This document shows positions 55,861-64,000 of a DNA stretch of 64,000 nt, in pieces. The notes beneath the pieces were generated by a model. It did no database searches. It was given only the letters and a program-made list of their open reading frames with translations, and had not been told where the DNA came from. The first letter of the stretch is position 1, and each line of letters starts with the position of its first letter. This DNA comes from Cyanophora paradoxa CCMP329 (taxonomy: Eukaryota > Plantae > Glaucophyta), in contig QPMI01000017.1 in the NCBI GenBank assembly GCA_004431415.1, positions 744,001 through 808,000 of the forward strand, read 5' to 3'. The position numbers and the translations under genes were made by a program.

Positions 55861-57202
55861 CTATCGCTCGGCGGGGGCAGGGGAGGGGGAGGAGGAGGGG
55901 GCCGGGGCGGAGAACAGGAAGCGGGCGATGTCGGCCCAGGAGGCGGCGCGGTAGAGCACGCGGCCCGAGGCGGCGCGGCTCGCGGGGCCCGGCTCGGCCG
56001 GGAGGGGCAAAATGGGGACCCGCAGCGTGTGGCACAGCCGCCCGATCGAGCTGCTCTCGCCCACCACGATCCCCACGTCCACCTGCGCATGCGGGCGGGG
56101 GCGCCTCAGCCTCGCCAGCCGCGGGCAAGCTCGGGCGGGCGGGCGGGCGGGCGGCGGCGGGCCTCCAGCATGGCGAGCAGGTCGTTGATGCTGTCCCCGA
56201 CGTAGACGGAGGGGCCCGCGGCCGCCACGGCCCCGGCCGCGGCCTCGTGCGCCGCCAGGGCGCGGATGATGTCCCGCTTGTGTCGTGCCGAGGTGATGCG
56301 CCGCACGACGCGGCCCGTGCTGGCGCCCGCCCCGCCCTCCGAGTACTCCAGGTCGCACGCGAAGACCGGCAGCGGCGCCGGCGCCGGCGCCGGGTCCAGC
56401 CGCTCCGCCCACGCCGCCGCGCCGCCGCCGGGGGAGGGGGCGTCCCGCCCCGCGTGCTCTGGGCGGAACCCGTCCCGCGTCGGGATGCCGGCCGCCTCCA
56501 GCGTGCCTCGGATCAGGTCCTGGGACCAGTTGACGCTCACGACGCGCGTCACGGCGCCCCTCGCCGCCGCCAGCTCTGCCGCCGCCCCCGATGAGAGGAG
56601 CGCCGAGGCGGCCCCGCGGGGCCGCTCGCTCGCACGGTGGGCGCACTGAGCAGGTCGGCGGCGCCCTCGCGCAGCCTCACGGAGCGCGCGCCCTCCCTCC
56701 TCAGGTCCTCCCGGGCGAGGCCGCTGCCCGCGCGCGTACGCCCGTGAGCCGCGGGGCTCCCACTCGTCGGGAGCGAGGGGCGCACCGCAGAAAGCCCTCT
56801 CTCTTCAAGACGTCCAGGGACCACTCCTCCAGGGCGTCGAACTCGGGGCCGAAGAACTGCTCCAGCGCCTCCAGCGGCTCGGGGCCCGTCCCCGGTGCCG
56901 GGAGCTCCTCGACGGCCCGCAGCGAGACGTCCACCGCACGCCGGTACTTCGGGAAGTACTCGCCTTCGAGCGCGTGCCACCTGCAGACGCGCGCGGTGAG
57001 CCGTGCGGTGTAGCGTTGGCCAGCCAGAGCTCGCAGCGCGCGCGCGCGCGTGCCTCTCCAACAGGTCCTTGGCGTCGGCGTCGGCCAGCTTCCGCGCGGC
57101 GCACTGAACAAGCAGCCCGGTCGTGTCGCCATCCGTCAGGGTGTCATCGTAGTCGACATACAGCCTCAGCCGAGCGCTGCCGGTGCTCGCGTCCGAGGGC
57201 AT
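55861..57202 (-). CDS. HAD-superfamily phosphatase, TH2/CTO1 (thiamine-phosphate phosphatase)-like
   Basis: Motif I DYDDTLT, LREGA, VVSVNWS, YVGDSINDL, VDVGIVVG, LYRAASWADI. Confidence 0.85.
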
Positions 57203-57541
57203 CCCCGCCGTGCGCGCCAGCCGTCGCGTCGGAGTCCAAACGAGCTGCCGAGCGATTGCCGGGCGCAGCCGTGCGGCAGCGGCAGCCAGCGAAGAACTTG
57301 ACACCACTGTCACACCAGCTGGCCCGGGGTATATCAAATAACGCCCGCAGCCAAACGAGAACCCGGCGCAACGACCAGTGGGGCACCTCAACGGGTGTTC
57401 TTTTTGGTCCAGCAGCATTAAGTAGTTGTTCTGGCAAGTTGCTACACACTTGGCTAGCGATCCGGGCCGAACAGCAGCAGTACGCTCTCTGCGGCCCGGC
57501 TCGCGCAGGCGACCCTGCAGCTGTAGCTAAGCGCCTGGGGG

Positions 57542-60500
57542 ATGGATTCCGAGGCGCCCGAGCAGCCAGAAGGGGTGGACCCGGCCGTCGATGTGGCAGC
57601 GCCAACCAACTTGAGCGGGGACGAGGCACAGCCTCCGCCACCGGCAGCGGCACCGCCTACGGAGGAGAAGCTGTTCTTTAGCTTCGGCGTTGCACCGCCC
57701 GGGTGAGCCCGGTCGGGCCGTTCGCAAGCTTTTCTCCGCTGACCGGCGGCAGGGGCGAGCCCGTCCGGAACGCGCTGTCGAGGTACAAGAAGCACCTGGG
57801 CACGCACCTCGAAGTCGCCAAGGCGCGGGTCATCGATGCGATCGACGGGCTGAGGAAGCGCGAGGTGCGGCGGGGCGGGGCGCGCCCGGCGGGCGCCGCT
57901 GAGAGCGCGGCAGGCGGAGCGGAGGGAGATAGAGGAGGAGCGGACGCGCGCAGCGAAGGCGAAGCTGAACGCGGAGATCGGGCGGCCGCCGTCGGCGTCC
58001 TTCACGGAATGGCGCCCGCGGCACCCGGGCCGGGAGGCGCGCTTGCCCCGCCCCGCCCCGGCCCGCCCCGCCCCGCGTGAGCGGCGCGCGAGCCGCGGGC
58101 CGGGCCGCAGGCGAAGTGGATGGAGCCGTCGCTGGAGACGTGCGTCGAGACGGTCCTCTGCTGCATGATGATGGGTGCGGCGGGGCAGGGAGGGCCCGCC
58201 CCCGGGCCCGGGCCCGGGCGCTGGCGGCTGAGCGGGGGCGGGGCAGACATGGAGGAGGAGGGCCACCTGGTGGCGGTGCCGAAGGAGCAGGCGGCGGGCG
58301 TGCCGACGGAGGAGGCGCGGCTCCGCGAGCGCGTGCGGGGGCTCGAGGACGAGCTGGAGGAGAGCCGGGAGCGGACGCGGAAGAACGACCTGCAGATGGA
58401 CATCATGCGGGGCCAGCTGCTGCGGCGGAACATCCTCCTCGCCTCGCAGCGCACGGAGTACTACCGCGAGATCGTATTCCTGCGGGAGCAGCTCTTCCGC
58501 AAGAAGGAGGCCGGGGGGCAGTTCGCCGGCGAGCCGGCCACCTTCTTCGACCCCGCGCTCCTCAAGCTTGAGGCCGACCTCGCGCGGCTCATTGCGGCCG
58601 GCGGGGACGAGAGCGGCGGGCAGGGCGGCGAGGGCGCCGAGGACCCGGCCCTCAAGTCCCTGCGCGAGGCCTTCGAGACGGCGCGGCGCAAGTGGGACGA
58701 CGAGCGTCGCGGGCTCGTGGCGAAGCACAAGGCCGACCAGGAGCGCGCCGACGAGCAGATCATCGAGCTCAAGCGGCTGCTGCAGGCCAAGGAGGAGGAG
58801 ATGCGCGAGAAGCTCAACTACGTCATGACCGCCCACAAGTCCGCCCCTCCTCTTGTCCCGCGTTCTTTCTTCTCACGGGCGGCGGCAGGATGGACCTGGA
58901 GGAGGCGGGGGCCATGCAGGAGGCGCTGCAGAACGCGACGGGCCAGCTGGAGGCGCTGCAGGCGCAGCTGGCCGAGCTCGAGGTCCGCGCCGCGGAGGAG
59001 AAGGCGGCGGCGGCGAAGGAGGCGGCGGAGCAGGCCAAGGAGGAGTTCGCGCTCCTGCAGGCGGCGCTGGAGGACGAGGTGGCGACCAAGAACCGCCAGA
59101 TCTACGAGCTCAACGCGCAGCTGACCGGCACGGGCCGCCGCGGCTCGCTGGCGACCACCGAGGTCCACGACGACGGGGCGTCGGACGGCGTCGGGGGCGG
59201 CAACCTGCGGGACCGGCTGAAGCGGACCTCGGAGCGGCTCGAGGCCGCGGCGAAGGAGTGCGACCAGCTGCGGGAGGAGTGCCGGAGCCTGGCGGGGCAG
59301 GTCGGGAGCCTCCAGGAGGAGATGGCGGCGGCGGCGCGCGCCGCCGGGGAGCAGCTGGAGGCGAAGCAGGCCGAGGTGGCGGCGCTCCAGGACGAGCTGC
59401 GGGCGCTCAAGCGGGCCCAGGAGGAGAGCGGGCGGCCGCTGGGCGACCTCGAGCTCGAGCTCATGGCCCGCGAGGTCGAGATCGAGTCCACGCGGCGCCG
59501 CCTTGCGGAGGCCGAGGCGGCGGCGGCGGCGGCGGCGCAGGCGGCGGCGCAGGCGCAGGCGGCGGCGGCGCAGGCGCAGGCGCAGGCGGGCCACGGGCGG
59601 GGCGGGCGGCGGGGCAACTCGCAGGCGGACCTGGAGGCGCTGCTGGCGCAGTGGCCGGAGGACGAGCCGCTGCCGGACTGGTTCCGGGCGCCGGCGGACG
59701 AGGGCTCCGGCCTCTCCGTCGAGGAGCAGATGCAGCTCCTCGAGGAGCGCCTCGAGGCCGTGCGGCGGGCGCGGCGCGAGAAGGAGGAGCCGCTCATCCG
59801 CAAGATCGACCACGAGAAGCAGCGGCGGATGAAGGAGGAGCTGCAGCGCAAGCTGGCCGCCGAGATGGCGGAGGTGCGCGCCAAGCTCGACGCCGAGCGC
59901 GCCAACGTCGAGGCCGAGCTCAAGCAGCGCGAGGCGAGCGCCCCGCCCCTCGCACCGCCCCTCCTGCGCGCTGACGGGGGCGGGCGGGCCGGCAAGCGGC
60001 AGATGGCGGCGCGCAAGACGTACGAGGCGGAGATCCGGCGGCGGGAGGAGCAGGCACGGCGGGAGCGGGAGGAGGTGGAGCAGGAGGCGGCGGCGATGCG
60101 CAGGGCGGCGGAGGAGGAGGTCGAGCGGATGCGCAAGGCGATGGAGCTCGAGATCCGCCGCATCAAGCGCCTCGCCGAGCACGACATCGCCCTCGCCCGC
60201 CAGGAGGAGGCCTCCGAGCGCAAGCGGGCCGAGCAGGACGCGGCCCGCGAGCGCGAGCGCGCCGAGCAGGCGCGCCGCGACGCCGAGATGGCCCTTATGG
60301 ACGTCGAGACGGCGCGGGCGCGCCTCGACGAGCTCCGCGCCATCGCCGAGGGCGCCGAGAGCGCGCGCGCCCGGGACGCGGCGCTGCTCGCCCAGGAGCG
60401 GGCGGCGGCGGAGGCGGCGCGGCGCCGCGCCGACGAGGCGCTCGCGGTCGCGGAGGCGGAGCGGGCGCGGGCGGAGGAGGCCCGGCGCCTGGCGGCCGAC

Positions 60501-63500
60501 GAGGGCGCGCGGCCGAGCGGGCGGCGCGCGAGGCGGAGGCGGCGGCGGCGAGGGCGGCGGAGGAGGCGGCGGGCGGGCGGCGGAGGCGGAGCGGGCGCTG
60601 GAGGAGGCGCGGCGGCGGGAGGCGGCCGAGGGGCGCTGGAGGCGGCCCAGGCCGCCCGCGACGCGGCGGTGGCCGAGGCGGAGCGGCGGCGCGCCGAGCA
60701 CGCCGAGAAGGTCCGCGAGTTCGAGCGGCGCAAGGCGGAGCGCGCGTCGGCCGAGGCGGCGGCCGGCGCCGAGGCGCTACGGGCCGACGGCGAGGCGCGG
60801 GCGGCGGCCGCCGCGGCCGAGGCGCGCGCGAAGGCGCTGGAGGAGGCGGAGGCGAAGGCGGCGGCGGCGGCGGCGGCGGCGCGGGCCGAGATGGAGGGGG
60901 CGTCAAGGCGGCCAAGCAGGAGACCGAGGCGGCGCGGGCCGAGGCGGCGCGCGACGCGGAGGCGGCGCGCAAGGCGCTGGCCGAGGCGGAGGCGCGGGCG
61001 GCGCGGGCGGCCGAGGCGAAGCGGGCGGCGGAGGAGGCGGCGGCGCGCCTGGAGGCGCAGGCGCGGGCGGAGGCGCTGGCGGCGACCCGCGGCGGCTCGG
61101 CGGCCGGCTTCAGCGCCTCGGACAGCGCCTTCATGGGCAGCTCCCGCACCGGCGCCACCACGCCGGACCCCATGCTGGTGCGCCCCGCCCCCGCCCCGCC
61201 CCGTCCCCGTCCCCGTCCGCGCCGGCGCGGGTTCGACCCCCTCCGCAGGCGATGCGCTCGGTGTCGGCGGCGCAGCTGCTGCCGCCGGCGCGGGGCACGC
61301 CGGGGCGCGCCACGGCGCTGTGGCGCTGGGCTGCGGCGTGCATCATGGGGCGCAAGCGGCAGCTGCGGACGCTCTGGCACCACGCGGTGGACACGGGCGT
61401 CGTGATCGTGAACAACATCGCGGAGAAGGAGAACGAGTACAACAAGCTGATCCGCGCCAAGGAGGAGGAGCTCCGGCGGGCGCTCGTGGAGGGCCACGAG
61501 CGCATCTCGCGGCTGCGCGAGGCGGAGGCGGAGGAGGGCCGGCGCCTGCGGGACGAGCAGGAGGCGGCGGCGCGGGCGGAGCGCGAGCGGCTGGAGCGGG
61601 AGATGGAGGCGCTGCGGGACAAGCTCGAGGAGGAGCGCCGGGCCGCCCTCGCCGCCTCCGAGGCCCGCGCCGCCGAGGCCGCCGCCGCCTCCGCCGTCGG
61701 CGACGTGGCCGGCGGCGGCGCCGACGCCGACCCGGACGAGGCGGGGCGCGAGGCGGACGCGCAGGCGTACGCCGCGGCCGCCGCCGACGCGGAGGCCGAG
61801 GCGAACTCGGCGCGCACGGCGGCCGCCTCCCGCGCGGCGAGCCCGCCGACGGCCGCGGCCGCGGGGCCGGCCGACGGGGCGCCCCCTCGCGGCAGCCGAG
61901 CGTCGTGTCCGTGACGCGCGTGGTCGGCGGCGACGGGCCGCTCGTCCCCATGGACCCCGCGGCTGCGGCGGCGGCGGCCGCCGCCCTCGCGGCGGGGCCG
62001 GCGGCGCCCTCGCCGCCCCGGGGGCGGCCCCACCCCGGGGACGCGCCCGTCGAGCCGCGCCGGGTCCGCCTCGGGCCGGCCGGCTGCCGGCACGCGCCCC
62101 ACGTCCCCAGCCACGGAGGCCGTGCAGGCGGCGCAGGCGGCGCAGGCGGCGACCTCGGCGGCCTCCGCCCCTTTCTCGAGCCCCCCGCCCGGCGGCTGCG
62201 GCGGGGCCGACCCCACGCCCATCCCGGCCTCGACCTTCGGGTCGGGGGTCACGCGCGAGCCGCTGCAGCCGCGGCCGCCGTCGGCCACCGCGGCGCGCCC
62301 CGCACCGCCGGCCTCGCCGGCGCCGCAGCTGGCGGCCGCCCCGAAGGAGGCGCTGGCGGCGCCGGGGGCGGACTGGACGGCGTTCCTCCCGGCGGGCCAC
62401 CCGCGGCACACGGCGGCGCCCGAGGCGACGGTGGTCGTACCCTCGGAGTACGCCCACCTGAAGGGCCCGGGGGCCTCCTACAACAAGGCCGTCGCCGGCG
62501 CGGCGCAGCTCGAGCGCGAGATCGCGGGGCTGCGGGCGCAGCTGCAGCGCGCCTCGGAGGAGCTGCACGACAAGGAGGGCCTGGCCCACGCGCTCGCCTC
62601 GAAGCTCGAGGGCGCCCGCTCCGCCCTCGCCTCGCAGAACGTCGCGGCCGCCCTCGCCGCCCTCGGCCTCGACCCGGCCCTCGCCTCCCGCCTCGCCCGC
62701 CGCCCCAGCGTCGCCCCGCCCGCCTCCGCCCGCGCCCCGCCGGCGTCGACAAGGCCGTGCAGGCCGGCCCCGCCGGCGGCCCCGGCCCCGTTTTCTCCGT
62801 CCCACGGCGACCCCGATGGCGGCGGCGGCGGCCTCCGCGGCGCCCTCGGCCGGGCCCTCCCCGCCGGTCTCCGTCGGCGCCTCCCTGGGCGGCGCCGGCG
62901 GCGGGGCCCCGGGGGAGGACGCGGGGTTCGGGGTGCGGGGCTCGGCGATCGCGGCCCCGGCCGGCGCCGGCCCCGGCGTCGTCGTCTCGCGGGAGCAACT
63001 CGAAGCCCTGCAGGCTCGCCTGCCCCCCCACCCCCCGCGCCCCCGTCCTCCTCGGCGCAGCCTGACCCGCCCCGCAGAGCCTCATCCGGATCAACAACGA
63101 GCTGGCGGCGGAGGGTGACCAGGTCAAGTGGCGCATGATGTACAGCTCGATGAAGGCGGCGGAGGCGCGGGAGCTCTACGCTCGCAACGCCGACCTCATG
63201 CGCTCCTCGGGGGCCGCCGCCGCCGGCGCCCCCTCCCCCGCCGAGCGCGACGCCATCGCGTGCGCCCGCCCCCGAGCGCGCGCCGGGCCGGGCCGGGCCG
63301 GGGCCGACGGGCCGTGCGGCGCGCAGGCGGCTGGACGTGTTCAAGCGGCTGGAGGCGCGGTCGCTGGTGATGTACGAGAAGATGCGGCAGCGGCTGGAGG
63401 GGATCGAGGGCCAGCGCCGCCGCACCCTCGAGCGCGTCCTGGAGGCGACCCAGCTCCTCTTCGTCGCCCCGACTTCGTCCTCTCCCCGAGGCCCACGCCG

Positions 63501-63510
63501 CACTCGCGCA

Positions 63511-63541
<31 letters not shown>

Positions 63542-64000
63542 TCGGGCGGGCGGGCGGGAAGCCCGGGGGCAGCCCGCGGCGGGGCGGCTCCGGGGCCGGC
63601 GTGGCGGTGGTGGACCTGCTGCGCACGCCGCCGCAGTTCGCGACGCGCTCGGCGCACCCGATGAAGGCGGTCGGCGAGCCGCCGGCGCCGCGGGCCGGCG
63701 GCGCCCTCCGCGCCGACTCGCAGGTGGCGACGAGCGCGGCGCGGGCGGCGGCGCGGAGCCAGGGGGCCAACTACCTCTTCCACCTCCCCCTGGGGCCCGG
63801 CAGCACGGGGGCGGGCACGGGCACCGCGGGGCGCGCCCCGAGGAGATCGACGAGGCGGCGTTCCTCGCCGGCCTCTCCGAGGACGAGGCGCCCGGCCCGC
63901 GCCCGGCCCGCGGCGGCGCAGCGCCCGGCGACGAGCCCCGCGGCGCCGGGCTCGTTGCGCGGCTCGGTGCCAGCGCTGCCCGTGGCCGGCCTCACCTCGG
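57542..64000 (+). CDS. Large multi-exon coiled-coil protein, probably continuing beyond the window
   Basis: Long E/A/R/K-rich heptad stretches (LRERVRGLEDELEES; YYREIVFLREQL) joined by short introns; frame breaks in repetitive parts. Confidence 0.75.

Noticed and set aside
58692-63065. Single 1457-aa protein
   Set aside because: Reads through introns and drifts out of the coiled-coil frame; only parts are genuine.
29600-64000. Hundreds of Arg/Pro/Gly/Ala-rich ORFs
   Set aside because: Expected from stop-codon scarcity at very high GC; real genes are spliced and cross frames.
1-64000. rRNA or tRNA genes
   Set aside because: None recognised by eye; a tRNAscan/Infernal run is needed to exclude them.

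Overview
The window has two compartments with a sharp junction at ~24765. Bases 1-24765 are an AT-rich, intron-free, tightly packed endogenous Polinton/Polinton-like virus (PLV) whose other end lies left of the window. It encodes a phage-fibre-like protein, a patatin-discoidin fusion, an rve integrase, a protein-primed PolB with an apparently collapsed exonuclease domain, a primpol-D5 helicase, an A32 ATPase, a PD-(D/E)xK nuclease, a double jelly-roll MCP with NCLDV-like motifs, and two head-to-head pentons. It also has three origin-like hairpins, giant-virus-like promoter motifs, a subterminal repeat array and a 31-bp terminal inverted repeat. Bases 806-11833 are a 5.5-kb tandem duplication whose second copy differs, as far as I can see, only by 1-bp homopolymer deletions. 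Bases 24766-64000 are very GC-rich DNA of a non-opisthokont eukaryote, with short introns that often have GC-AG ends. Host genes include a SETD6-like methyltransferase, mitochondrial gamma-carbonic anhydrase, a PI-PLC-like enzyme, NUS1, a WD40 protein, a HAD phosphatase and a large coiled-coil protein. A 3.2-kb host duplication exposes a recurrent X-X'-X 6-bp palindromic insertion signature and a cox2-like AT-rich insert. All family assignments come from motif recognition by eye; no searches were run.
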